From: Cyanobacteria bacterium P01_A01_bin.123
GTDB lineage: Bacteria; Cyanobacteriota; Cyanobacteriia; Phormidesmidales; Phormidesmidaceae
DNA: 64,000 nt
NCBI GenBank assembly: GCA_039815185.1
Contig: JBCBZT010000012.1
Span: 64,001 to 128,000, forward strand
Reading direction: 5' to 3'
The translations under genes and the position numbers were made by a program. Below, piece by piece: positions 41,389-51,845 of the stretch (the stretch's first letter is position 1; each line of letters starts with the position of its first letter). The notes beneath the pieces were generated by a model. The model saw nothing but the letters and a program-made list of their open reading frames with translations. It made no database searches and had not been told where the DNA came from.

Positions 41389-42030
41389 TTGGGCGTAGAA
41401 CTTCGCAGTTACGTATATATCGACAATCTTCAACCGCAACACGCGGCCTATATGGGAACCGTTGCCATCGGCTTTTTGCCCCTACCGGGGGATGCGTCCC
41501 TCTGGATTGAGATTTCACCCGGTATTGAAATTAACCGCGTCACCGATGTGGCCCTCAAGTCAGCCGTGGTGCGCCCCGGCGTGCTCATGGTTGAACGACT
41601 TTACGGCTTGCTCGAAATTCACTCCAGCAGTCAAGGCGAGGTCAAGGCATCGAGCCGAGCCATCCTAGATACCCTGGGGGTACGCCGCACAGACTGCCTA
41701 AAACCGAGGATTGTATCGAGTCAGGTGATTCGCAATCTAGACCCGCACCACGTACAGTTGATTAACCGCAACCGCCGGGGCAATATGATTGTGGCGGGGC
41801 AAACACTCTATGTGTTTGAAGTTGAGCCCGCGGCCTATGCTGCCCTCGCCGCTAATGAAGCGGAAAAGGCGGCGCTGATCAATATTTTGTCAATCAATGC
41901 CATAGGCAGCTTTGGACGTCTTTATTTGGGGGGTGCTGAGCGAGATATTCTCGCAGCTGAACAAGCCGTACTCGGCGCGATCGAAAGCCTACCCGGGCGA
42001 GCCCATGGCAATGGTAAACGCAACGAGTAA
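41389..42030 (+). CDS. ccmP: Carboxysome shell tandem-BMC protein CcmP
   Basis: [54 protein letters not shown] start at 41389. Confidence 0.9.
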   Translation: MGVELRSYVYIDNLQPQHAAYMGTVAIGFLPLPGDASLWIEISPGIEINRVTDVALKSAVVRPGVLMVERLYGLLEIHSSSQGEVKASSRAILDTLGVRRTDCLKPRIVSSQVIRNLDPHHVQLINRNRRGNMIVAGQTLYVFEVEPAAYAALAANEAEKAALINILSINAIGSFGRLYLGGAERDILAAEQAVLGAIESLPGRAHGNGKRNE

Positions 42031-42052
42031 GGGCAGCGGCCACTCACCCCTA

Positions 42053-43051
42053 TCAAGCATTCTTTTGGGCGGTTTGTTCGATATCTCGACGCTGGCGGAT
42101 TTGGGCCATGAAAAATTCCTCAAGAGACGGGCGGGCCAGTTGTACTGTGGCGATTTTGCCCCCCATTAAGCGCACACTGGAGAGAAAATCGTAGGGTTCG
42201 CCTTGGAGATAACCCTGCCAATAGCCGCCGCTAAATTCCAGATTACTCATCCATTTTTTCAACACATCCAGACTGCCACCGCGACCCCTGACATAGTATC
42301 GATTAGGATTGCCCAGTAGCTCTGTCATGGTCCCCGAAGCGATCAGTTCCCCTTGATCGAGTAACGCCACGCGATCGCAGATCACTTCCACATCTGACAA
42401 AATATGGCTGTTAAAGAAAATGGTTTTGCCCTGGCCTTTGAGCGACAAGATGATTTCGCGTACCTGGTAGCGACCAATCGGGTCAAGTCCAGACATCGGT
42501 TCGTCTAAAAATACCACCTCTGGGTTGTTAATCAACGCTTGGGCCATGCCGACCCGTTGCAGCATGCCCTTGGAATATTGCCGCATCTGCTTTTTGCGGG
42601 CAGCGTTGCGGGATAAGCCCACGAGATCGAGCAGCTCAGGGATCCGCTGGCGCTGAACCTTACGGGGGAGCTCAAACAGTCCGGCGGTGTACTGCAAAAA
42701 TTCCCAACCTGTGAGGAAGTCGTAAAAGTAAGGGTTTTCGGGTAAATAGCCAACCCGCTGCTTAACGCTGCGATCGCCTGCGGGTTTACCCAACAAACTC
42801 GCCTGTCCCGATACCGGCCGAATAATCCCCAGCAGAATCTTTAACAGTGTCGTTTTGCCTGCACCATTAGGGCCGAGCAAGCCAAAGGTTTCGCCTTGAT
42901 ATATCGACAACGAACACCCTTTAAGTGAAGACACCTTTTGAGTCAGCCAAAATCCGGTGCGGTAGGCTTTGCTCAGCTCCTGGGTTTGAACTACCAATGG
43001 GCGCTCAGCAATAGCTTCAGTCTCTTCAGGTAAAGTAGATTCCACGCTCAT
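42053..43051 (-). CDS. ABC-2 type transporter ATP-binding protein
   Basis: GPNGAGKTT, YSKGMLQR, LDEPMSGLDP. Confidence 0.9.
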   Translation of the reverse strand: MSVESTLPEETEAIAERPLVVQTQELSKAYRTGFWLTQKVSSLKGCSLSIYQGETFGLLGPNGAGKTTLLKILLGIIRPVSGQASLLGKPAGDRSVKQRVGYLPENPYFYDFLTGWEFLQYTAGLFELPRKVQRQRIPELLDLVGLSRNAARKKQMRQYSKGMLQRVGMAQALINNPEVVFLDEPMSGLDPIGRYQVREIILSLKGQGKTIFFNSHILSDVEVICDRVALLDQGELIASGTMTELLGNPNRYYVRGRGGSLDVLKKWMSNLEFSGGYWQGYLQGEPYDFLSSVRLMGGKIATVQLARPSLEEFFMAQIRQRRDIEQTAQKNA

Positions 43052-43144
43052 AATTTATGAAGTTTTGTATGACTTGGCGTATGGTGGATAACAGACCTAA
43101 GATACCCCGGCCTTTTGACCTAAAGCGATCAATCGATTAATCCT

Positions 43145-43339
43145 ATGGAGCGTTCTAAAATCGTTGCAATTATAACGGGTACTTTTACAGTCCTACTGGC
43201 GATCGCGTACCTCTGCCTCGTTCAAATTTTAGATTTTCGCGGCGAAATGGTGCCTGCCCCATTGGATTTGGGTCAGCTTAGCCAGTTCCTGACGAATCCA
43301 CTCTACAGCTTACCCACTAGTCCACTGCAGATTTTGTGA
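43145..43339 (+). CDS. Small conserved membrane protein
   Basis: MERSKIVAIITG...LDFRGEMVPAP. Confidence 0.7.
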   Translation: MERSKIVAIITGTFTVLLAIAYLCLVQILDFRGEMVPAPLDLGQLSQFLTNPLYSLPTSPLQIL

Positions 43340-43383
43340 GCTGCTGCTTTCCAGAGCAATGAAACCTAATTGCGATTAATCGA

Positions 43384-44718
43384 CTACTGGGCCAACACCT
43401 GATCGCGTTTTTGAAGCGCAAACTGACGGATTTCTTGAGCTTCTGCGTAGGCGGTAGTGTTGGGTTTTACCCTGTCGAGTTCATTGATGATGCTCTGCAC
43501 TTCTTGGGCAATTTCGGTCGCAGTCATTGACTCAATGCCAAGCAGACGTTCAGTTTTTTGCTTAGCAGTCTGGAGGGCTGTGATGGAGGCTTGCTCACTA
43601 ATCGCATTTTCTTGGGTAATACCTAGGTTATTTTGGTATTCGGCAATCTTTTGTTGGGCTTGGATATAACCTGGATCTTCGACTGGGATTTGTTCTAATC
43701 GTTGGATTGCCTGTTGCCATAGTCCCGCAATGCGGTTCCAGGTTTCGGCTGAGTGGGGAGGATTTTGAGATTGAGTCGCGGCTTGAGTTGCAAACGATAG
43801 CGCGGCATCCATGAGTGTGTTGGCACGCGTTCCCCCAGCAGCTACCCCAGCAACCTCTTGATAATCGCGTTCATAGGCTTGAAGCTTGGTTTGGGCGCTT
43901 TTGCCGGCGTAGGTCTCTGGGGCAATTTCTGCCAGCTTATCCATGCCGGCTTGCCAGTTCGCTAGGGCAGTGTCTTCGGCTTGTAGGGTTGTAGATGTGG
44001 CGTGAGCTTGTTTGGCAGCTTCTACTGCGGCGACGCCTTCCGCTAGTAGGGTCTGGGCGTTAGTTTCTTGAAAGACTTGGGCTTCCATACGGCCTACGGA
44101 TTTGCGGGCCACTTCAAATTCGTCGTAGGTAAAGCGCCAGGTGCAGCTAAATAAGGTGCAGTAGGTTTGGGGATAGTAGCCTAGGAACCAGACGGGTAGC
44201 CGATCGAGATGTTTTTGGGCGGATTCTACTTTTTCTGCCCCCAGTTCGATGTCTTGGGGGCTGGTAGCCTGGTTGATCAGCTGGTCGGCTTGTTCAACGA
44301 GGGAAACTGTCTGGCGATAGCTATTATCCATGCGTATAAAGCTGGGCAGCAAAATAATTGGCGCAACCCTTGATACGGGCCAGCGGATCATGGGGTAGGG
44401 CAAGTTCAATACCCAGACACCGCCCATCAATGCTGCCAGACCTATTACTGTGGTGCCTGCCCAGCCGAGTTTACGGGTTTGACTAGCCCGTTGATTTGCC
44501 TTGGCAGCTTGTTTAATGGCTTGGGGATTGAACTCTGGAAAAATGTCGATAACAGCCTCGCAGATTTCAGCTTCGCTGAGGGGTGGCCCTTCTTGCAATC
44601 GAAATTTTTCGAGGCGGCGCAACACAATGCTGCGGCGGGTTTGTTCGAGGGGAGATGAGGCGAGACGTTTAATCTCATTTGAGAGGATTTCAAAGGCGCG
44701 ATCGCTGAGACGAGCCAT
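43384..44718 (-). CDS. Hypothetical single-TM helical-repeat protein
   Basis: NLPYPMIRWPV motif and W..AI..L..IP...Y..AQ.K..EYQ repeats; probable start 44718. Confidence 0.75.
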   Translation of the reverse strand: MARLSDRAFEILSNEIKRLASSPLEQTRRSIVLRRLEKFRLQEGPPLSEAEICEAVIDIFPEFNPQAIKQAAKANQRASQTRKLGWAGTTVIGLAALMGGVWVLNLPYPMIRWPVSRVAPIILLPSFIRMDNSYRQTVSLVEQADQLINQATSPQDIELGAEKVESAQKHLDRLPVWFLGYYPQTYCTLFSCTWRFTYDEFEVARKSVGRMEAQVFQETNAQTLLAEGVAAVEAAKQAHATSTTLQAEDTALANWQAGMDKLAEIAPETYAGKSAQTKLQAYERDYQEVAGVAAGGTRANTLMDAALSFATQAATQSQNPPHSAETWNRIAGLWQQAIQRLEQIPVEDPGYIQAQQKIAEYQNNLGITQENAISEQASITALQTAKQKTERLLGIESMTATEIAQEVQSIINELDRVKPNTTAYAEAQEIRQFALQKRDQVLAQ

Positions 44719-44894
44719 AGTTGGGTTAGAGAATGCTCCAATGTTTGTAAAGAACAGGGGCACACCTGTCTTCTGGGTTGAGTATGCCCAAGGGGATCTT
44801 CAAAGTCCCACAGGCAATTTCCTAAAGCGACCCATTTTCTAAACTAAATCGCGCACTGCCATAATGGCAAACAGTGTCCTAAAAACAGTGGCAA

Positions 44895-46601
44895 ATGATG
44901 ACTCAGGCGGCGCTACGACAAACCCTGAAGCAGCTCGACGGCCAAAGCTACAAAGCTTACAAGTCAATCAAAGGCAAGTATGACTTTGACGAGTTCACCC
45001 TACAGATTGACTATGTACAGGGCGATCCCTTTGCGGCACCCAGCCAAGCACGCGTATTTGTACCCCAGTCAATCGCGCAGTTTCCCACTGAACTATTCAA
45101 AACACCCAGCCGCACTGTCGCCCTAGAAGATTACCTAACGCGCCAATTTGACCAAACAGCTAACCAATTCAAACAACATCGCGGGTCGGGCAAGAGTGGG
45201 TTGATTGCGATTACCCGACCCGGGCAGGCAATTTTGCCCCGCACCACAGCCTTTGTGGATGAAGACCGGATTGAGCTGCGATTCGTGGTGGGGTTGCCCG
45301 CGTTTGGCCGCCGGATTGCAGGCTATCAGGCGGTGGATTTGCTGTGTGACGATGTGCCGGAAATGGTGATGCGATCGCTGCTTTATGCCAACCTCAACCC
45401 CAAAACCATCCGTCGCCATGTGGAAACCGCCGAAGATGCAGACTGGCTAAGAGCAGAACTCAAAGCCCACAATCTAATAGCGTTTGTCGCAGACGGGGCG
45501 GTTTTACCCCGGCGCAGCGGCGTGGATGAACGACCTTTAACCACAGAAGCACTGTCATTTCAATCTCCTGAGAGCTTGCGGGTGAGCTTTGATCGACCCA
45601 ACCATGGCGAGATCTCAGGTATGGGTATTTCTGAGGGGATTACGTTAATTGTCGGCGGTGGCTATCACGGCAAGTCAACCCTACTGCGGGCCATTGAACA
45701 AGGCATTTACAACCATATTCCGGACGACGGACGGGAATGGGTGGTGAGCGATCCGGGGGCGGTGAAGGTGCGGGCTGAAGATGGTCGCAGCGTAGCCGGG
45801 GTGAATATTTCGCCGTTTATCAACCGCTTGCCCCAAGGACGTTCAACGGCAGACTTTTCGACCCCCAATGCCAGCGGTAGCACCTCCCAAGCGGCCAATA
45901 TTATCGAGGCAATTGCAGCTGGAGCCACCACCTTATTGGTGGATGAAGACACCGCAGCAACCAACTTTATGATTCGCGATCGCAGAATGCAGGCTCTCAT
46001 TGCCAAAGATAAAGAGCCGATTACGCCGTTCATCGATAAAATCCGCCAACTCTATACCGACTGCGGCATTTCTACCCTGTTGGTGATGGGGGGCAGCGGC
46101 GACTACTTTGACGTGGCTGACACGGTGATCGCCATGGAAACGTTTGCGCCCAGTAATATAACTGAAGCCGCCCAAGCGATCGCCCAACAGTACGCCACCG
46201 ATCGCAACCCAGAAGGGGGCCAAACCTTTGGCAAGATCACGCCTCGTATCATCGATCCGCGCAGCCTTGACCCCAGCAAAGGCAAACGAGATGTCAGTCT
46301 CAAAGTAAGAGATGTCGATCAAGTCCGCTTTGGCACCGAAGATATTGATCTGTCGTCGGTAGAGCAATTGATAGAACCGGGACAACTCAAAGCGATCGCA
46401 GCGGCGATGGTCTACGCCCAGCAGCACTATCTCGACGGTCGGCAATCTTTGAGTGAAGTATTGGATGGGGTGATGGCCGATATTAAGGCGGGTGGGTTAG
46501 ATATCGTCAGCGATCGCGTGCCAGGAGATTTAGTTGGTTTTCGACGGTTTGAATTGGCGGCAGCAATCAATCGATTAAGAACCCTGCGAATTTTGACTTG
46601 A
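44895..46601 (+). CDS. ABC-class ATPase domain protein (COG3044-like)
   Basis: DYVQGDPFAAPS, GGGYHGKST, RAEDGR, SGSTSQAA, LVDEDT. Confidence 0.88.
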   Translation: MMTQAALRQTLKQLDGQSYKAYKSIKGKYDFDEFTLQIDYVQGDPFAAPSQARVFVPQSIAQFPTELFKTPSRTVALEDYLTRQFDQTANQFKQHRGSGKSGLIAITRPGQAILPRTTAFVDEDRIELRFVVGLPAFGRRIAGYQAVDLLCDDVPEMVMRSLLYANLNPKTIRRHVETAEDADWLRAELKAHNLIAFVADGAVLPRRSGVDERPLTTEALSFQSPESLRVSFDRPNHGEISGMGISEGITLIVGGGYHGKSTLLRAIEQGIYNHIPDDGREWVVSDPGAVKVRAEDGRSVAGVNISPFINRLPQGRSTADFSTPNASGSTSQAANIIEAIAAGATTLLVDEDTAATNFMIRDRRMQALIAKDKEPITPFIDKIRQLYTDCGISTLLVMGGSGDYFDVADTVIAMETFAPSNITEAAQAIAQQYATDRNPEGGQTFGKITPRIIDPRSLDPSKGKRDVSLKVRDVDQVRFGTEDIDLSSVEQLIEPGQLKAIAAAMVYAQQHYLDGRQSLSEVLDGVMADIKAGGLDIVSDRVPGDLVGFRRFELAAAINRLRTLRILT

Positions 46602-46689
46602 CTAGCGTTAGCGGGGGTGTTGATCTAGCGATCGCAGATCGCCCCCTTTGGGAATTAGGGTATCCGTTTCCGGACGAGATTGGACAAAT

Positions 46690-46792
46690 ATAGCGCTGGC
46701 CAGATTGCTTAATGCACCGAGTACCGCTGGGATGCTCAGTACACAAGCAATCTGGCCCGCAGTAGTGCACAAAACTTTGTGACTACCGCTAT
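46690..46792 (+). repeat. ~103-bp element, copy E
   Basis: Homologous to copy A; flanked by AAATATAGCG...CGCTATATTT. Confidence 0.9.
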
Positions 46793-46940
46793 ATTTCACC
46801 AAATCAATAAAAACCATTGAAACTTTACACGCCTTAATCTGATACGCTAAGAACCATAAAGTTTTATAAATGCTTAATTTGAAGTTAGCACCGACGCTAG
46901 TCGTCAATCCCTAAACCAGTGTGGGGGTGCTTGCTGAGAG

Positions 46941-47393
46941 GTGGAACAAATGGTGGGGTTATCAGTTTTGTCGTTGATTCATAGGCAAGTTAGTCAGGCG
47001 CTACATAGGATCAATGCCTGGTTTGGGTGGATAGTTAAGGTCTTTGGGATTCGGTTTTGTTTGGGGTTTGCTTTAGCCTGTTTGGTATTGCTAGCTGGCT
47101 GGCTACCGCAGATTGAGAAGTTTACAGCAGTCCCCGACGAAGGTAGTCCGATTGTCCAGTTATCCTCCGTTGTTGCTCAAGGATCGGCCTCAACATCATT
47201 CCGCTCTGCCCAATCTTCAGGTCATAACACGCTAAGTTCAGCAGCTGACCATCACGAGTTAACTTATCTGGAGTTTGATCCGGCTGTTGCTCAGCGATTA
47301 AGCCACAGCGGTTTGACCCACAGGGTTCTAACAGGGAGTCATTTGACCCGTGCCCACTTATTTACCGATGGGCAACCCGCCTCAGCGGATTAA
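46941..47393 (+). CDS. Hypothetical protein with a TM segment
   Basis: ORF fills the gap; no recognised motif. Confidence 0.45.
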   Translation: MEQMVGLSVLSLIHRQVSQALHRINAWFGWIVKVFGIRFCLGFALACLVLLAGWLPQIEKFTAVPDEGSPIVQLSSVVAQGSASTSFRSAQSSGHNTLSSAADHHELTYLEFDPAVAQRLSHSGLTHRVLTGSHLTRAHLFTDGQPASAD

Positions 47394-47509
47394 AAGACGG
47401 ATTAAGCGTGAGCTGATTCAGCCTGTTGACCTGCTAAACCAGGATTTTCCAATAACCCGAAAATTAGGGGCACAATGGAGGGAAGCTTAACCCCTTCTCC
47501 ATACGTCCT

Positions 47510-48910
47510 ATGGCTTCAGTTATTGAAACTGGGAAAAATTTGTTAACTGAATTGGTGACACGGTATCGCGATCGTGTTGATTACTTAGCCATTCGCCTAG
47601 AAGAGTCAGAAGGCACTGATATTTTTCTGCGTGGCGGCAAGGTTGAGACCCTCAGCGAAGGCATTTCCATTGGCGGCCAGGTGCGGGCTTGTTTCAAGGG
47701 AGGTTGGGGATTTTCTAGCTTCAACCAACTCACCAGTTTAGAAGAGCGCCTGCAAGATGCGATCGCCGCGGCCCATCTCATTGGCGATGATGAAACCTTG
47801 CTGGCCAACATTGAAGCTATTCAAACAACCTGTAAGTTACCCTTAACGGGCACTGATCCACGTCAGATTGCCTTAGCACGTAAAAAAGCCCTATGCGATC
47901 GCTACGCAGACATTTTGCAGAGCCTGGATGACCGCATTGCCACCACCTCTGTGCGTTATGGGGACAGCACCCAGCGTATTTTGCTGGTCACTTCAGAAGA
48001 CACCTTAATTGAGCAATCGTGGGTAGATCTGGAAATGCGCTTTGCCGCTACTGCCCGCAATGGTGAAACCGTTCAAACCGGACGGGAAACCACTGGATCG
48101 CGCAAGGCCTATGAAGATTTGGAGAATTTAGATGTTCAGGTGCTTGGCGCGGCTCAGCGAGCCGTGAAGGCGCTAGATCTACCCCCGGTCAGTGGGAACA
48201 CCTACGATGTGGTCATTGATCCAATTTTGACCGGGCTGTTTGTCCACGAAGCTTTTGGCCACCTGTCAGAAGCCGACATGGCCTACGAAAATCCTGACTT
48301 ACTTGAAGCCATGACCCTCGGGCGACAATTTGGCCCTGACACGCTACAAATTTTTGACGGTGCTGCACCATCCGGTCATCGCGGCAGCTATCTTTACGAT
48401 GACGAGGGGACGCCAGCTACCACGACTCAACTGATTAAAGATGGCAAATTGGTGGGGCGACTCCATTCCCGTGAAACAGCAGGCAAGCTCGGTGAAACCC
48501 CGACTGGCAATGCTCGCTGCCTCAATTACCACTATCCGCCTCTGGTGCGGATGACTAACACCTGGATTGAACGTGGCAATACCCCAGTCAATCGTTTGTT
48601 AGATGACATTAAGGTCGGTGTCTATGCTTGCAACTGGCTGGGCGGCATGACTAACGGCGAAATGTTTACGTTTACCGCTGGGGAAGCTTGGATGATTCGT
48701 GACGGCGCGATCGCAGAACCTGTCCGTGATGTCACGCTCTCGGGTAATGTATTTCGAACGTTGGCTGACATTGAAGCTATTGGCGACGATTTTTATTGGG
48801 ATGAATCTGGCGGTTGTGGCAAAGGCGGACAAAGTGGCTTACCCGTTGGCTGTGGCGGCCCCAGCCTCCGCATTAGCAATGTAGTTGTGGGCGGAGAATC
48901 TGCGAATTAA
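47510..48910 (+). CDS. tldD: TldD/PmbA family metalloprotease
   Basis: HEAFGHLSEAD, YDDEG, TGNAR, RMTNT, CGKGGQ, GGP. Confidence 0.9.
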   Translation: MASVIETGKNLLTELVTRYRDRVDYLAIRLEESEGTDIFLRGGKVETLSEGISIGGQVRACFKGGWGFSSFNQLTSLEERLQDAIAAAHLIGDDETLLANIEAIQTTCKLPLTGTDPRQIALARKKALCDRYADILQSLDDRIATTSVRYGDSTQRILLVTSEDTLIEQSWVDLEMRFAATARNGETVQTGRETTGSRKAYEDLENLDVQVLGAAQRAVKALDLPPVSGNTYDVVIDPILTGLFVHEAFGHLSEADMAYENPDLLEAMTLGRQFGPDTLQIFDGAAPSGHRGSYLYDDEGTPATTTQLIKDGKLVGRLHSRETAGKLGETPTGNARCLNYHYPPLVRMTNTWIERGNTPVNRLLDDIKVGVYACNWLGGMTNGEMFTFTAGEAWMIRDGAIAEPVRDVTLSGNVFRTLADIEAIGDDFYWDESGGCGKGGQSGLPVGCGGPSLRISNVVVGGESAN

Positions 48911-48919
48911 TCCTTACTA

Positions 48920-48960
48920 GGCATCCTCGATTCAAGGCTCTGCCTCGAATCGAGGATGCC
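48920..48960. terminator. Long hairpin after tldD
   Basis: GGCATCCTCGATTC...GAATCGAGGATGCC. Confidence 0.6.
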
Positions 48961-49099
48961 CTCCTTACAAACCCGGCGGATATTGCAGATTGTGTCTGTT
49001 GACGACAATTCTTTGCAGGATTTAAGCGCATGCCTCGTTGCCCACACCAGAGGTGATACGGTGCCCTAAACGCCCATGACCTCTCAATATTATTAACCC

Positions 49100-49270
49100 A
49101 TGTATAACAATGAGCCGAAGAAAGACTGGTTTGGCGCAGTCATAACCGCAGGGCTCGGTGCCGGAATTGTCACTTCCCTAGCAGTGGGGCTGGGTCAAGA
49201 CCCAATTATTGCTGCTGCGATTACCTTGTTTGCGATCGGCGGTGCATTGTTAATTGACCAAGTTTTATAA
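49100..49270 (+). CDS. 56-aa two-TM microprotein (not in ORF track)
   Basis: MYNNEPKKDWFGAVITAGLGAGIVTSLAVGLGQDPIIAAAITLFAIGGALLIDQVL*. Confidence 0.7.
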   Translation: MYNNEPKKDWFGAVITAGLGAGIVTSLAVGLGQDPIIAAAITLFAIGGALLIDQVL

Positions 49271-49415
49271 ACCTGCATCCAGTGCGTCTTCACTAGCTGC
49301 CTTTCACCATCTAAAGACTGCGATAACACCTGATCCGTTCAACGGCTTGATCGCGGGGCTCGGGTTTCTCAAGTGACTGGGCCACAGCTATCCCCTGATC
49401 AAACGTACCCATTTT

Positions 49416-50135
49416 TTAGGCGGTTGCAGTCGGAATGTGGGTTGCCATGATCCGATCGACAGTGTCGTGATGTTGTCCTGGAACTTTAATGTTCATAACT
49501 CTAGGTAGTAGCGGCAAGCGCTTGAATCGAATAGTCAATAGATTTGGACGTAAAGGCTGCCAAGCATAAGACTGCATCCGCCGCCAGGGGATAACGGTTA
49601 GTAAGAGACAAATACCATTTTCTCGAATCTCAAGCCCATTTAGCCCCATCGAGAGAAAATAGACCGCAAACGACCAGCAGAAAAGGACTTTTATAATCAC
49701 TTCAATTGGAGTCGTTGCGCCAGGAAAGCGAATCAACTCTCCAAGCAGCATCCAAGTCATATAGGCCGCAAACCCCATCGCAAGCAAAGCCGTCCAAAAA
49801 ATTAGCTTGTTTTGCAATGTTTTACCCAACGCTAGCAGTAAGCTACCCGCAGTACGTTTACGAAACGGCCAACTCAACAACCAAATACCAACCCCAATTG
49901 CAAATAGTGAATAGTAGGCGTCCGCTAGGTTGAAGTGCTCCAAACGATCTAGGGTGCCAACAGTAAATGCGATCGCATAAAACACAAAAAACAGCGTTAG
50001 CGAGAAACCCGTATTGGTTCTTAAGGCAATCCAATCCATTCTGCCATCCGTAGACAAATAGCCCGTCCCCACTTTCACAGCGGCGATCGCGACAACAACG
50101 GCCAAGCCCACAGAAATCCAACCTATGGTAGTCAT
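49416..50135 (-). CDS. Hypothetical membrane protein with PH-like C-terminus
   Basis: ~5 TM segments followed by EIRENGI....IPWRRMQSYAW. Confidence 0.7.
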   Translation of the reverse strand: MTTIGWISVGLAVVVAIAAVKVGTGYLSTDGRMDWIALRTNTGFSLTLFFVFYAIAFTVGTLDRLEHFNLADAYYSLFAIGVGIWLLSWPFRKRTAGSLLLALGKTLQNKLIFWTALLAMGFAAYMTWMLLGELIRFPGATTPIEVIIKVLFCWSFAVYFLSMGLNGLEIRENGICLLLTVIPWRRMQSYAWQPLRPNLLTIRFKRLPLLPRVMNIKVPGQHHDTVDRIMATHIPTATA

Positions 50136-50480
50136 TTCGCGTCAAGAATTTTATTTGGAATTTCCAGTTATAGTGTGACTCAGACTTAAAGCTAGAAACA
50201 TCACCCAGTTGGGGGGTAGTTGCTTTCTAAGCATTTGCAAATCGTATTATTTACCATCTTTGAGCGCTAAAAATTACGGGCTATAAACACCATCGATTTT
50301 CAGACATAAACCTTCAGTTTGAAAGATGGAAAGGGGAAACTGAATTTGAATTGCCCCAGCATTCTGGCTCACAGCTCAGGTCAAAAGCATCACCCAACTG
50401 GTTATTAGTTATAACAAGTTGTAATTGGTCAGGATTTGGCAATGATCTAAGATCAGGTGAACATTCAACTGAGTTGAGGG

Positions 50481-51005
50481 CTAACCTCTAAGATCGGCTG
50501 TATCTCGCCAGCCATAAGCAACCTCAATGAATGATTGGTCGCCAACTTCAAGGGTTTGTTCGCGAACTGGTTTGCCACCCAGGGCCGCATAAAATTGACA
50601 GGCTGGATTGTCCACAAGAACCCAGGTCAACATTGAATTTATCCCCAATTGATGCAGCCTCTGGGCAACCGTTTGCGTGAGCCGATATCCTAATCTCTGT
50701 CTTTGATGCCCTTGTAAGAGATAAATGGCCATCAATTCGCCTGTATAAACGCGATCGCCTGAACGTTCCATCCCACCATTGGCAAAACCAACAACTCCAG
50801 CAGAGTCATGTTCTGCAACATAAGTGAAGTGCTTATCTTGTACCGCACGGCTGAAAAGCTGATGCCAACGCTGTGTCCTGTGCTCATAGGTCAAACGAGC
50901 TAGATACTCATCGGGCACAATGCCCCGATAAGTGGTTTGCCAACTGTCTACATGAACTCTGGCAATGGTAGGGATGTCTTGCAAAGTCGCTTCTCGAACG
51001 ATCAT
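50481..51005 (-). CDS. GNAT family N-acetyltransferase
   Basis: IARVHVDSWQTTYRGI, AIYLL..HQRQRLG, WVL.DNPAC.FY..LGG. Confidence 0.9.
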   Translation of the reverse strand: MIVREATLQDIPTIARVHVDSWQTTYRGIVPDEYLARLTYEHRTQRWHQLFSRAVQDKHFTYVAEHDSAGVVGFANGGMERSGDRVYTGELMAIYLLQGHQRQRLGYRLTQTVAQRLHQLGINSMLTWVLVDNPACQFYAALGGKPVREQTLEVGDQSFIEVAYGWRDTADLRG

Positions 51006-51300
51006 TGGCCGTGGGATTATATTTTATTGGCTCGCCTAGATAGCTGTATGCTCAAGCCCAAAAAGCTAGCACTAAAAATCAACATGACTAATCGTGGCAG
51101 AAATTTTGACAAACTGAAATAAGTTGTCCAATCAATAGCGCTCTTTTAAATCGGGTCACCCATCTGGCTATTTCTAATTCAGAGATAGCCTAGATTTACC
51201 TCTATCTTTGCCATTAAGACAACGTCAGGTTGTTGGCTTTGCAGTGACAAAAATTTTGCTAGCCTGTGAGTTGAGCATACTTTAACGTGAGGTTAGTCCC

Positions 51301-51642
51301 ATGATGCGACTCGTCCTAACAGTGCTGTTGTCAACAGCGTCAATTACGGGTTTGGCAGGATTAGTATTTGCCAACAGTGAACCTCCCGTCGATGAAGGTT
51401 CTGCTGCTGAGGGGAATCCTGTTGTCGCGCAACTCGTTTTGCGCGATCGCATTGTGACCATCACCTCATCTCCCACGGGTTATCTATATGCCGTTGCTGA
51501 CGAGTCGGGTGCAGTCCTCAGTGCTGGGTTAACCGAAGACCAGCTGAGTGAGCAATATCCTGGGCTTTTGGATACGCTCCGACCTGCCGTCGCTGACGAA
51601 AACTCAGAGCTAATGATGCTGGCTCCCGTTGAGCATTTCTAA
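51301..51642 (+). CDS. Hypothetical secreted protein
   Basis: Signal peptide; GAGG RBS. Confidence 0.65.
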   Translation: MMRLVLTVLLSTASITGLAGLVFANSEPPVDEGSAAEGNPVVAQLVLRDRIVTITSSPTGYLYAVADESGAVLSAGLTEDQLSEQYPGLLDTLRPAVADENSELMMLAPVEHF

Positions 51643-51845
51643 GATTGATATCATTAGGTTTTTAGAGGCTTTTTGTTCTTGCCCATTGAGTGATTGTCGA
51701 AGCGCTTTGCTATCAAGTGATAGATCGCCTCGAAGTCCCAGGCTATTCACGTTGTACCATGGGTGCAAGTGTCAGAACTAATGAGAATTAACCAGATGGG
51801 CACTCAGTTCTGACACTGATGAAGAGAACCGACATCTCCAGCAGA

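Noticed and set aside
41389..42030. Orphan BMC gene as a novel microcompartment
   Set aside because: The sequence matches CcmP, which is normally encoded away from the main ccm operon.
49320..49415. Possible attC downstream of the 49416-50135 gene
   Set aside because: Only a faint resemblance; no RYYYAAC/GTTRRRY pair with matching arms.
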